Positions 30,199-39,405 of a DNA stretch of 64,000 nt are shown piece by piece; position 1 is the stretch's first letter; each line of letters opens with the position of its first letter. The position numbers and the translations under genes are program-made. The notes below the pieces were generated by a model. It ran no database searches. It saw only the letters and a list, made by a program, of their open reading frames with translations, and had not been told where the DNA came from. This DNA is from Acidobacteriota bacterium (GTDB taxonomy: Bacteria > Acidobacteriota > UBA890 > WLXD01): positions 434,111 to 498,110 of the forward strand of contig CBDBHB010000006.1 in the NCBI GenBank assembly GCA_965205505.1. Reading direction: 5' to 3'.

Positions 30199-30236
30199 AG
30201 GCAAAGGAAAAGCCCGGGAGCGCGTGCGCTCCCGGG
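30199..30236 (-). terminator. rho-independent terminator downstream of hsp20
   Basis: Near-perfect GC hairpin cccgggagcgcgtgcgctcccggg, followed on the minus strand by CUUUUCCUUUGCC. Confidence 0.5.
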
Positions 30237-30267
30237 CCACGGGAACCGATGGATCCACCGGTGACAG

Positions 30268-30717
30268 CTAGTTGACGGTCACCTCGATCTTCTTCGGCTT
30301 GGCCTGCTCGGCCTTTGGAAGGCTGATCACCAACACGCCGTTGTGGAACTGCGCGTCGATGTGCTCCTGATCCACCGCGGTCGGCAAGGTAAAGACGCGT
30401 CGGAAGCTCCCGTAGCTGCTCTCGATGCGCCGGTAGTGGCCATCCGAAGCGTCGTGCTGGAACGTCTTCTCACCCTTGAGGGTGAGCTTGCTGTCCTCCA
30501 AGGTGATCTCGACGTCCTCTTCGGTGAGGCCGGGGAGCTCGGCGCGCAGCAGAATCTGATCCTCCTGCTCGATAACGTCCATGGCCGGCGCCCACCCTGC
30601 CGTATCGGCGGGTGAAGGGCTCTCGAAGAGGCGCCCCCAGTTACCGGCGGATATGGTGCCAAAACGGCGCTGCAGGAGCGCCAGGTCGGGGAATGTGTTG
30701 GTGCGACGGACCAGCAT
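30268..30717 (-). CDS. Hsp20/alpha-crystallin family small heat-shock protein
   Basis: Start MLVRRTNTF after GGAGG RBS. Alpha-crystallin domain (MDVIEQEDQILLRAELPGLTEEDVEITLEDSKLTLKGEK...GVLVISLPKAE). Longer upstream ORF extension is AT-richer and not protein-like. Confidence 0.8.
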   Translation of the reverse strand: MLVRRTNTFPDLALLQRRFGTISAGNWGRLFESPSPADTAGWAPAMDVIEQEDQILLRAELPGLTEEDVEITLEDSKLTLKGEKTFQHDASDGHYRRIESSYGSFRRVFTLPTAVDQEHIDAQFHNGVLVISLPKAEQAKPKKIEVTVN

Positions 30718-31000
30718 TTGTAGTCCTCCTTCAGGAATTGAAAGCCGATTGGCAAGAGCCACCGGCGGGCAAATCGCCGGAGCTGAGTTACACGTCGGGG
30801 GCCTCGAAACCTGTCGCGGGTTCCCCGTCATTTCCTTATCAGCTGTCGACATCATAAAACTTGCTGGTTTCTTACTCAAGTCTTATTATGACCAATACTT
30901 AGATTATGAATCTAGCACAGGACGTGAGACGTGCCGGCGACGTAAGTTACTGAACAATAATGAGTTACCGCCGCGGACGAAACTTCTTCGATGGCGGTGC

Positions 31001-31906
31001 TCAGAGGGACGACTTCAGATCCGGATGGTTGGCGGCGAAATATCGCCCCATTGCATGCCGCCAGTGCGGCAGATCCGGCAACCCCAGGTCGCGCAGCGCG
31101 GCGTTGTCCAGAGCGGTGTAGTCGGAGCGCTTGGCCGGCGCCCCGAACTCGGTGGCTGTCGTGGGCCCCAGCCAGCGCCGCGCGCCGACAGCTTCGAAAG
31201 CAATCTCCGCGATCTCGAACCAGGTGGCCTGTCCCTTATTGGCAACGTGGAACAGACCGCAGGCGCCGCAGTCCAGGAGCCCCCAGATGGCCGACGCCAG
31301 GTCGAGCGCGTACGTAGGACTGACGACCTGATCGTTCACCACTCGCGTCTCTGCCCCCTGCCGGGCGCGCTCGAGCATACGCTCGATGAACGGAGGGGTC
31401 CCGTGTCCCGAGCGAGCTCTCCCGTATACGGCCGACGTACGCACCACGGTGTGCATCTCCGAAGCCGCCAGGACCAGGTGTTCACCGGCAAGCTTGGAAG
31501 CGGCATAGACATTCTGAGGCGCCGGCAGGTCGGTCTCGCGGAACGGCACGCGACGCGGACCACCGAACACGTAGTCGGTCGACAGGTGAACCAGTCGCGT
31601 CGCCGCTCGCTTGCAGGAGCGAGCCAGCATGCCGGCCGCCACCGCGTTCACTCGGAAGGCCTGTGCAGGCTCGGTCTCACACAGGTCGACGGGCTGGAAT
31701 ACAGCGCAGTTGATGGCGGCGCCGGCCCGATGCTCCTGGAGCAGATCCTCGACGCGCTTCTCGTCGGTGATATCGGCATCGCCGCGACCGAGCTGCACGA
31801 TATGCGCGGGGTCGCGCCCCGCGACCTCCGCAGTGGTGGCAAGCGCCTCCCCTACCTGGCCGTAGCCGCCGAAGACAAGGACCCTATCGGGTGAAGCTAT
31901 AACCAC
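31001..31906 (-). CDS. rfbD: dTDP-4-dehydrorhamnose reductase
   Basis: 301 aa. RmlD family (VLVFGGYGQVGEAL, YAASKLAGE). Confidence 0.8.
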   Translation of the reverse strand: MVIASPDRVLVFGGYGQVGEALATTAEVAGRDPAHIVQLGRGDADITDEKRVEDLLQEHRAGAAINCAVFQPVDLCETEPAQAFRVNAVAAGMLARSCKRAATRLVHLSTDYVFGGPRRVPFRETDLPAPQNVYAASKLAGEHLVLAASEMHTVVRTSAVYGRARSGHGTPPFIERMLERARQGAETRVVNDQVVSPTYALDLASAIWGLLDCGACGLFHVANKGQATWFEIAEIAFEAVGARRWLGPTTATEFGAPAKRSDYTALDNAALRDLGLPDLPHWRHAMGRYFAANHPDLKSSL

Positions 31907-33350
31907 CTCCGAGATAGTAACTACGCAGCCCCGAACGCAGCGCGTCGTCCCATCCGCCGGTTAGGAAGAAGCGGCTGCCCAGGTTCCACTGAAACCGCAG
32001 CTTGACGTGCGGATCGGGGTCGCGGCCAAGATCCCAAACTTCGCCGATGAATCGCAACCGATCCTGTACGGCGAAGTAGTCGATCCCGAAACCCGCCTGC
32101 GACTCGAGAATGCCGCCGCGCACCTGTACCCGGCCGAAGCGTTGCGCCATCACTGCGCTAACCCGAAACCCCTCGCTGCGGACGAGCTTGCGCTCGACCG
32201 TCGTAGTCAACAAGTCACCGGTGAATGGGTGGAACGTCTGCGTCGTGATGTTGGTCTCGGTGATGCCCCCGATGTTGTCGTCGACGAGATGAAACTCGAA
32301 ACCGCGGCCCGATCCCAGATCACCGAGCTCCATGCGAATCCCGAAGTAGTTCTTGCTGGACTCGAGGCGCTGATAGAACTCCGATCGCCACTCGAAGCTG
32401 AACTGGGCCTCACCAACACGACGAAAGAACGTGTCGGCGGCGGCCAGGCTGTCATCGACCGAGTCGAGGGCCTCGTTGAGTCGATCGATCGTGTCCGACT
32501 CGTTGACCAATCTCCCCACCGTCCCTTCGCCGCGGTTCGCCTTACCGAGGATCTCTTCCAGATCGGCCGCGGAGCGATTCAGTCGCTCGGTAACTTCGCG
32601 TAGGTTCGCGCCGGCGCTGCCAAGTCCGTCGCCGCTGCGACCCATGACCTCGGACACGTCCGCCGACAAGCTGTGCATCTGGTCGATCAACTGGGGCAGG
32701 CTCTCCTTGAGCGTTGCCGACAGCTCGTTGATGTTGCCGAACGCTGCGTCCATGTTGCCAAAGCCGGAGTCGATGATGGCGCGATTCGCCGACAGGATCT
32801 CATCAAAGCGTCCCGTAACACTCTGAACACTAATGAGAATCTCGCGAAGCGATGCCTCACCCTCTTCGGTGCCGAGCACCGACGATAAGGTGCGCGTCGT
32901 GAGTTCGAGGTTGCGCCCGATGCTCGACATGACTTCGACCAACTGGTCGACCGAAACGGGATCCCCGCCGCGGATCCATCCACCTTCCGCCACGAGCGGA
33001 CGTTCGGGTGAGCCCGGCCGCAGATCGAGCACACGGTCTCCGAGCATCCCGGTGGACCCGACGATCGCCACTGCATCATCGTGCACCTCCACGGCGCGCA
33101 ACAGTTGAAGCTCGACCTCCGCAACACCCTCCCGCATGTTTAGCCGCACCGCCGACACCCTGCCGACACGTACCCCTGCAAGCATGGCGGGGTCGTCTAC
33201 TCCAAGGCCGGCAGCATTCTCGAATCGGACGTTGATCACGTAGCTGTCCGCACTCTGGAAGCTACCTATGTCCTCGATCTTGATGACGAAATAGGCCAGG
33301 GCCACGATCGCCACCAGAACCACCACGCCGACCTTGATTTCCGTACGCAT
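31884..33350 (-). CDS. MlaD/MCE family protein
   Basis: N-terminal TM anchor, then MCE domain (VINVRFENAAGLGVDDPAMLAGVRVGRVSAV), with a long C-terminal extension. Confidence 0.8.
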   Translation of the reverse strand: MRTEIKVGVVVLVAIVALAYFVIKIEDIGSFQSADSYVINVRFENAAGLGVDDPAMLAGVRVGRVSAVRLNMREGVAEVELQLLRAVEVHDDAVAIVGSTGMLGDRVLDLRPGSPERPLVAEGGWIRGGDPVSVDQLVEVMSSIGRNLELTTRTLSSVLGTEEGEASLREILISVQSVTGRFDEILSANRAIIDSGFGNMDAAFGNINELSATLKESLPQLIDQMHSLSADVSEVMGRSGDGLGSAGANLREVTERLNRSAADLEEILGKANRGEGTVGRLVNESDTIDRLNEALDSVDDSLAAADTFFRRVGEAQFSFEWRSEFYQRLESSKNYFGIRMELGDLGSGRGFEFHLVDDNIGGITETNITTQTFHPFTGDLLTTTVERKLVRSEGFRVSAVMAQRFGRVQVRGGILESQAGFGIDYFAVQDRLRFIGEVWDLGRDPDPHVKLRFQWNLGSRFFLTGGWDDALRSGLRSYYLGGGYSFTR

Positions 33351-33529
33351 GCGCTTGCCTCCGCAAGATCGCCGGGTATCCGCTCTTCAAGCTACCTTGC
33401 AGGACTAAGAATAGCGGCTGCCCGGCACCGGTGCGCGGTTCCCCGCTTTTCCACCATGTTAGATTGCGCAGCTCCAAGTTTCGCGGCCATACTGGTTCGC
33501 CGTCTGACAATCTAGGAGCAGCGAGTCTC

Positions 33530-34102
33530 ATGCCCCTCGAAGTCGCGCCGACGGACATCCCCGATGTGCTCTTGATCCGGTCGGAGCTGCTCCGCGATAG
33601 CCGTGGTGGCTTCCTCGAGACCTTCCGGCACTCCGTGCTTGCCGCGCAGGGAGCTGACGTTCGTGTAGCACAGGTCAACGAGTCCATCTCGGAGGCCAAG
33701 GTGCTGCGTGGGTTGCACTATCAGCTAGAGCCAAATGGGCAGGGCAAGCTGGTGCGGGTGTTGCGCGGCGCCGTGTTTGACGTTGCCCTGGATGTGCGGC
33801 GCGGTTCGCCCTGGTTCGGCCAGCACGTCGCGATCGAGCTCAGCGCCGAGAACCGAAGCCTGCTATGGATCCCGCCGGGATTCGCACACGGATTCTGCGC
33901 GCTCGAGGACGACACCCACTTCCTCTACGTGCAAACAGCCGAGTATGCCCCCGAATCGGAAGCTGGAGTCAACGCCTTCGATCCGGCGTTGGGTCTTCAG
34001 TGGCCGTTCCCACGCGACGACGTGATCCTGTCGGACAAGGATCTGGAGCTGCCGTCACTATCGTCCGCCCGCCTGAACTTCGACTATCGTGCAAGGCCGT
34101 GA
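33530..34102 (+). CDS. rfbC: dTDP-4-dehydrorhamnose 3,5-epimerase
   Basis: 190 aa from MPLEVAPTDIPDVLLI. RmlC cupin motifs (RGLHYQ, LWIPPGFAHGF). Confidence 0.85.
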   Translation: MPLEVAPTDIPDVLLIRSELLRDSRGGFLETFRHSVLAAQGADVRVAQVNESISEAKVLRGLHYQLEPNGQGKLVRVLRGAVFDVALDVRRGSPWFGQHVAIELSAENRSLLWIPPGFAHGFCALEDDTHFLYVQTAEYAPESEAGVNAFDPALGLQWPFPRDDVILSDKDLELPSLSSARLNFDYRARP

Positions 34103-34115
34103 TCGCGCTCGCAGG

Positions 34116-34394
34116 CTAGCAGGCCGTGGTGAAAGTGTGGTGGGTCTGGTTACGGCGAGTTGGGGCCAGATGCAAGGCGGCCTGACACTGGCGATGACCT
34201 AGCCATCGTCGAGGAAGGCCAACGTCGCAGATGGCCCCAAATCGCCGTAACCCTTCGGGCGACAGGGGGTTGCGCGCGTATCCTGCGTCGTTCCTCGTCA
34301 ACGATGGGGTAACCATCGCCTCCTCCTCTCTCCTTGCCTGCACTTCGCAAGACCCTGTCGCCAGACCCACCACACTTTCACCACGGCCTGCTAG
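34116..34394. repeat. 279-bp structured element bounded by perfect 34-bp terminal inverted repeats (MITE/REP-like)
   Basis: ctagcaggccgtggtgaaagtgtggtgggtctgg (34116-34149) is the exact reverse complement of 34361-34394. A nested 19-bp near-perfect IR lies at 34150-34168 / 34232-34250. The element fills the convergent gap between rfbC and mlaF. Confidence 0.6.
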
Positions 34395-34409
34395 GCACGT
34401 TCCCCACGT

Positions 34410-35180
34410 CTACATCATCTTGATCGGCCCGTCCGCGCGCCCGTTGATGAACTGCTGGATGACCGCGTTGTCGCTGGCCTGGATCTGCTGCGGAGTGCCG
34501 GCTTCCTCGATCTTGCCCTCATGAAGCATCGCGATTCGATCGGCGATCTTGTATGCCGACACCATGTCGTGCGTGATGGTCAGCGAAGTCGCGTTAAGCC
34601 GCGTGTTGAGGTCGACGATCAGATCGTTGATCTGGTCGGCAAGAATAGGGTCGAGGCCGCTCGTGGGCTCATCGTAGAGAATGATCTCTGGCTCGAGCGC
34701 AATGGCCCGAGCCAGCCCCACGCGCTTCTTCATGCCGCCCGAAAGCTCGGCAGGCACCTTGCCCTCGATGCCCTTGAGACCCACCCAGCGGAGCACCTCA
34801 CGCACCCGCTCCTGCACGCGCGCCTCGGGCCAGTCGCGTTGTTGGCGTAGCGCGAAAGCAACATTGTCGCCGACGTTCATCGAGTCAAACAGTGCGGCGT
34901 ACTGAAAGAGCATGCCCATGCGTCGGCGGAGCCTGGAGAGAGCATCACGTCCGAGCCCGGGAACCGACGACCCATCGACAACCAAGTCGCCGTGATCGGG
35001 TGCCAGCAAACCGATCACGTGCTTGAGCAGCACGCTCTTGCCGGTACCCGAGCTGCCGATAATCACCAGCGATTCGCCGCGGGCAACGTCGAGATCGACA
35101 CCGCGCAATACATGCAGTTCGCCGAAGCTCTTGTGCAGATCGCTGATACGGATGAATGACTGTTCGCTCACATGTCCCAT
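34410..35180 (-). CDS. ABC transporter ATP-binding protein (MlaF-like)
   Basis: Start MGHVSEQSFIRISDLHKSF. Walker A GSSGTGKS, signature LSGGMKKRV, Walker B ILYDEPTSGLD. The 644-aa listed ORF is an artefactual upstream extension. Confidence 0.8.
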   Translation of the reverse strand: MGHVSEQSFIRISDLHKSFGELHVLRGVDLDVARGESLVIIGSSGTGKSVLLKHVIGLLAPDHGDLVVDGSSVPGLGRDALSRLRRRMGMLFQYAALFDSMNVGDNVAFALRQQRDWPEARVQERVREVLRWVGLKGIEGKVPAELSGGMKKRVGLARAIALEPEIILYDEPTSGLDPILADQINDLIVDLNTRLNATSLTITHDMVSAYKIADRIAMLHEGKIEEAGTPQQIQASDNAVIQQFINGRADGPIKMM

Positions 35181-35953
35181 AGAACGAGTAACGCTTTGGT
35201 GAGAAAGAAGTCGGAGACCAAGATGGCCATGCTGCTGGTCACGACGGCGCTGGTGGTGGCCCTGCCGACACCCGCGGCTCCGCCGCTGGCGCCGAAGCCA
35301 CGTATACAGGAAAAAATGGCGATCATGACGCCGAAGATCGACGCTTTGATCAGCCCAGAGACGACATCGTCGACGGTAATGAAGGCGAAGCTGGCCTCCC
35401 AGTAGGCAACCGGGCGCGCGTCGTTCATATACACGGAGACCACGTAGCCACCCAAGATGCCCAAGAGGTCGCCGATCACCACGACCACGGGCAACATCAC
35501 CGCCCCCGCGATGACGCGCGGCACGACGAGGTACTTCACCGGGTCGGTCGCCATCGCTTCCATCGCGTCGATCTGCTCCGTGACGCGCATCGTGCCAATC
35601 TCCGCCGCCATCGCGGCGCCGGCCCGGCCGGCGACCATCAATGAGCCCAGCACCGGGATGAGCTCGCGCGTCATCGCCAAGGCAACCGAGAAAGCGACCA
35701 GTGTCGTGGCACCGAACTGCTCGAAGCCTTCCCAGATCTGCAAGGCGAACACGGCACCCGAGAACACGGCGGTAACGATGATGACCGGCAAGGAACGATT
35801 GCCGAGCTCGACCATCTGCTCGAACCAATTCCGCACGTACAGCGGTCGACGAGTCAGGCTGGTAAGCGAGTGCCATAGCAGCAGCGACGCTTCCCCCGCC
35901 GATTCGAGGAACCCGATCGCGAACCGACCGATGCCGGCCACCAATCGGCTCAT
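35168..35953 (-). CDS. ABC transporter permease (MlaE-like)
   Basis: 261-aa polytopic protein of the MlaE/YrbE family. Overlaps the alr stop (ATGA). Confidence 0.8.
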   Translation of the reverse strand: MSRLVAGIGRFAIGFLESAGEASLLLWHSLTSLTRRPLYVRNWFEQMVELGNRSLPVIIVTAVFSGAVFALQIWEGFEQFGATTLVAFSVALAMTRELIPVLGSLMVAGRAGAAMAAEIGTMRVTEQIDAMEAMATDPVKYLVVPRVIAGAVMLPVVVVIGDLLGILGGYVVSVYMNDARPVAYWEASFAFITVDDVVSGLIKASIFGVMIAIFSCIRGFGASGGAAGVGRATTSAVVTSSMAILVSDFFLTKALLVLWDM

Positions 35954-37284
35954 CGCTGCGTCTCCGCTGCGTCGTTGACGGCGGATGTCGGGTAGCGTCG
36001 CGGCACTCTAGAGCCGATACGGCTGAGAATCTCGTGCGGGATGGTCTCCGCCCATTCCGAAACTTCCTCGACGCTGATGCACGCCTGCCTGGCGGTTTCC
36101 ATAGAGACAGGCCGCGCCTTGACGGTGGCCTCGTCGTCGTCCCCATCGGCGGCCGCAACGGCGATCGACAGGGTGTCAGAATAGCCCGCCGATTCGGCTT
36201 CGGCCTCACTCGTGGAGCCCGCCAAAGGTTCGGTACCACCGAACACGACGACTTCGTCGCCGACCCGTGCCGCAGGCACATCGGTAACATCGACGAGGGT
36301 GATGTCCATGCTGACCCTGCCGATGATCGGAGCCCGACGGCCACCTATCGAAACCCAGCCGCGGTTGCCGAGGGCGCGTGGAAGACCGTCGTGGTACCCC
36401 AGGGGCAATGCGGCTACCCGAGTCGCTTTATAGGTGGTGGCGGTCATCCCGTATCCCACCGTGACCCCCTTCGGAAGGTCGCGGATCGCCATGATGCCGG
36501 TAACCAGCCGCATCGCCGGACGTAGCCCGGCAATACCCCTTCCCGGGTTGAGTGAGCCTCCGTAGATCGCCAGGCCCGGTCGTACGCCGGTAAATGTTGG
36601 GCCACGCCATGACCCCGCGTGGTGCATCAGACCGGCGCTATTCGCCAGGGTGCGATGCGCCGGCAGTATGTCGTCCTGTTCGAGCACTGCACAGACCTGA
36701 TCGAAGATGTCGACCTGCTGCCGCACGAAGTCCGTTCCTGGATCAGCGTCGGCGAAGCTGTCGCTGCTGGCGAGATTCGAGAAAAGCCCGTCGAACGACA
36801 AGGTCGGCTCGTCGGCCAGCGCCCGCGCCAGGTGGGTGACCTGATCTGGCACGATGCCGAGCCGCCCCATACCGGTGTCGACCTTGAGATGGACCGAGGC
36901 CGGTCCGATTCCGAGCTCTCGAGCCGTGTCCGCCAGTCGAGCTCCGACGGTGGCATCCTGGATACCGGCGGCGAGGCCATACTCCACGACCATTCGAAAG
37001 GCATCTTCCGATGCTGAGACGGCGAGCCCGGCCATGACCAGAACAGGCACTTCGATGCCCGCCTGCCGCAACTGGCGACCTTCACAAGCGGTCGCCACGC
37101 ACAACCCGGCGACGCGTTCGGCGCAGAGCGCGCTGGCGACAGCCACGGCTCCATGTCCGTACGCGTCGGCCTTGACCACAGGCCAGATGTCGATGGCGCC
37201 GACCTTGTCGCGCAGGCGCCGCAAGTTGTGCACGCAGGCGCCGAGATCGATCTCCGCCACGGTCGGTCGGCAGGAGCTTGGCAT
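35950..37284 (-). CDS. alr: alanine racemase with C-terminal acidic extension
   Basis: PLP-site VVKADAYGHG. Alr N- and C-domain architecture (GRVSMDITLVDVTD). Confidence 0.8.
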   Translation of the reverse strand: MPSSCRPTVAEIDLGACVHNLRRLRDKVGAIDIWPVVKADAYGHGAVAVASALCAERVAGLCVATACEGRQLRQAGIEVPVLVMAGLAVSASEDAFRMVVEYGLAAGIQDATVGARLADTARELGIGPASVHLKVDTGMGRLGIVPDQVTHLARALADEPTLSFDGLFSNLASSDSFADADPGTDFVRQQVDIFDQVCAVLEQDDILPAHRTLANSAGLMHHAGSWRGPTFTGVRPGLAIYGGSLNPGRGIAGLRPAMRLVTGIMAIRDLPKGVTVGYGMTATTYKATRVAALPLGYHDGLPRALGNRGWVSIGGRRAPIIGRVSMDITLVDVTDVPAARVGDEVVVFGGTEPLAGSTSEAEAESAGYSDTLSIAVAAADGDDDEATVKARPVSMETARQACISVEEVSEWAETIPHEILSRIGSRVPRRYPTSAVNDAAETQR

Positions 37285-37341
37285 CGGCGATGAAGCTTCG
37301 CGCATGCGCCTATGTTAGCTGCGCGCTCAACGCCGCACCGA

Positions 37342-38691
37342 TCAGAAGGCTCCCTCGACGTCGGCGCGATCCTTGAAGAGCGTGTAGGGCTTCAGGAAGG
37401 CGAGCGGAACGCTGCCGGTCGGGCCGTTTCGCTGCTTGGCGATGATGAGCTCGGCGAGACCCTCGAGCTCCGGGTCCTCCTGGTTGTACACCTCGGGGCG
37501 GAAGATGAACGCAACGACGTCGGCGTCTTGCTCCAGGTTGCCGGATTCGCGCAGGTCCGACAGCTGCGGGCGATGACCCGACCGCGTCTCGGTGGCACGC
37601 GAGAGCTGAGAGAGCGCCAGTACTGGCACCTGCAGCTCCTTGGCGAGCGCTTTGAGCGAGCGTGATATCTCTCCCAGCTCGAGGTTGCGGTTGTCGGTAC
37701 GGGTGCTGCCGCGAACCAGCTGCAAGTAGTCGACGATCAACAAATCGAGGCCGTGCTCGGCCTTCAGCCGGCGCGCCTTGGCACGCATCTCGAGCGCCGT
37801 TAGCGAGGCCGAGTCATCGATGAAGATCTTGGTCTCGGACAGCTTGTGCAGACCGTCGAGCAGGCGGTCCTTGTCGCCGCTCGACAGAAACCCAGTGGCG
37901 AGCTTGTGAGCATTCACCTGGGCGACGGCGGTGACCAGCCGGCGGATCACCTGCTGGACAGACATCTCGAGCGAGAACACCCCGACGGTGCCGCCCACCT
38001 CGAGCGCCACGTGTTGGGCGACGTTGAGCGCCAAGGACGTCTTACCCATCGACGGGCGCGCCGCCAGGATCACCAGGTCGCCCGGTTGCAAACCGGCGGT
38101 CAAGGCGTCGAGTCGCTTGAAACCAGTGGGCACGCCGGTGACATAGTCACCGCGCTCCATTAGCTCCTCGATCTCCTTCATGGCGTCGAAGGCGACGTCG
38201 CGGACGGAGAGGAACCCGCGCCGAATGTTGCTCTCGCTGATCGCGAAGATCGAGTGCTCGGCGCGATCGAGCAAATCGTCGGTCGCGATGGCGCCCTCCA
38301 GCGCCATGCGGATGATGGAGTTGGACGCCCCGATGAGATTCCGCAGCGCTGCCTTGTCCTTGATAATGCGCGCATACTGATCGACGTTCGCCGCTGCTGG
38401 CAAGCCGTCGATCAAGCTGGAGATATATGCCGCTCCGCCGGAGCGCTCCAGCGCGTCACGCCGTGCTAGTTCCTCGCGCAGGGTCACCGTATCGATGGCT
38501 TCGGAACGCTCCGACAGCCAGGCCATGGCCTCGTAGATCAGCCGGTTGGCATCACCGAAGAAATCTTCGGGAGAGAGGATCTGGGCCGCGGCGTTGAACG
38601 CCTGATTGTCCAGCAGCACGGCACCAAGGATGGAGCGCTCTACCTCTACGTTGTGCGGTAACGCGCGCTCAGTGGTGAGCTCCTGCTGCAA
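37342..38691 (-). CDS. dnaB: replicative DNA helicase DnaB
   Basis: 449 aa. Walker A GARPSMGKTSLALN, DnaB C-terminal RecA-like domain and N-terminal primase-interaction domain. Confidence 0.9.
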   Translation of the reverse strand: MQQELTTERALPHNVEVERSILGAVLLDNQAFNAAAQILSPEDFFGDANRLIYEAMAWLSERSEAIDTVTLREELARRDALERSGGAAYISSLIDGLPAAANVDQYARIIKDKAALRNLIGASNSIIRMALEGAIATDDLLDRAEHSIFAISESNIRRGFLSVRDVAFDAMKEIEELMERGDYVTGVPTGFKRLDALTAGLQPGDLVILAARPSMGKTSLALNVAQHVALEVGGTVGVFSLEMSVQQVIRRLVTAVAQVNAHKLATGFLSSGDKDRLLDGLHKLSETKIFIDDSASLTALEMRAKARRLKAEHGLDLLIVDYLQLVRGSTRTDNRNLELGEISRSLKALAKELQVPVLALSQLSRATETRSGHRPQLSDLRESGNLEQDADVVAFIFRPEVYNQEDPELEGLAELIIAKQRNGPTGSVPLAFLKPYTLFKDRADVEGAF

Positions 38692-38765
38692 GATCGGCCT
38701 CCGACGCTACGCGACAGCAAATGCGAATTCTATGTTACGCCGCTCGCTAGTGTCCTTACGGGACG

Positions 38766-38915
38766 CTAAAAAAGCGCATAGATGAAGGGCGCGACGGCGG
38801 AGCCCTCCGAGAGCACGATCAACAAGCCGAGCAACACGAGGAACACCACGATCGGCGTCACCCACCACTTCTTGCGGGATCTCAGAAAACCCCAGATGAG
38901 ACTTAGCCTCGACAT
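38766..38915 (-). CDS. DUF5989-like small membrane protein (SxtK-like)
   Basis: 49 aa, MSRLSLIWGFLRSRKKWWVTPIVVFLVLLGLLIVLSEGSAVAPFIYALF, after AGGAGG RBS. This small protein family travels with SxtJ and carbamoyltransferase genes. Confidence 0.55.
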   Translation of the reverse strand: MSRLSLIWGFLRSRKKWWVTPIVVFLVLLGLLIVLSEGSAVAPFIYALF

Positions 38916-38994
38916 CCCTGTACCTCCTGCTCCAGCGTCCTGCGATTCGTCACGGAGAATACAGCATCGCCACCGTGGCTTTCGCGGCCAAGCC

Positions 38995-39393
38995 TCAATA
39001 GGGCTTATCGGAGCGTGCCGCGGGCCCGTCCGGCTCCACCGGAACCCAGTAGCTCTCAGCATCGGGATCTCGTCGCATGTCCAGGAGGTCCTTTCCTGAC
39101 AGCCGCAGCAAGAAGCCCATCGGGGTCATCACAACGAAGAACATCAGCGTCAAGATCAGCGTCGTCATGACAACCTGCAGAAGGCGCGCCAACGCCATCC
39201 AGACACGCTCGATCGGTGCCAGAACCGGCGGCAGGATCAGCGCGGCAACGAGGAACGCCGCGCTCACGTAGAGCAGATACGGGCCCGCCGGCCGCTCTCT
39301 CCACAACAGCAACGACGCCAGCAGCGCAAACGCCACCGCCATCACGATTCCGAACTTACGCAGCCGCTGCGCGTCAGTTTGCTGCTTCTTCAT
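38995..39393 (-). CDS. SxtJ-like membrane protein
   Basis: 132 aa. MKKQQTDAQRLRKFGIVMAVAFALLASLLLW...; two to three TM helices. Confidence 0.6.
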   Translation of the reverse strand: MKKQQTDAQRLRKFGIVMAVAFALLASLLLWRERPAGPYLLYVSAAFLVAALILPPVLAPIERVWMALARLLQVVMTTLILTLMFFVVMTPMGFLLRLSGKDLLDMRRDPDAESYWVPVEPDGPAARSDKPY

Positions 39394-39405
39394 GGCCTCG
39401 ATTTG

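Noticed and set aside
30840-30990. Possible CIRCE/HrcA operator upstream of hsp20
   Set aside because: No TTAGCACTC-N9-GAGTGCTAA-like sequence is present. Only the weaker HAIR-like and 6-3-6 palindromes were found, which are reported separately.
34410-36344. 644-aa ORF suggesting a large fusion protein
   Set aside because: Only the C-terminal 257 aa (from MGHVSEQ, 35180) are an ABC ATPase. The upstream 390 codons overlap the well-supported mlaE gene in another frame and are low-complexity.
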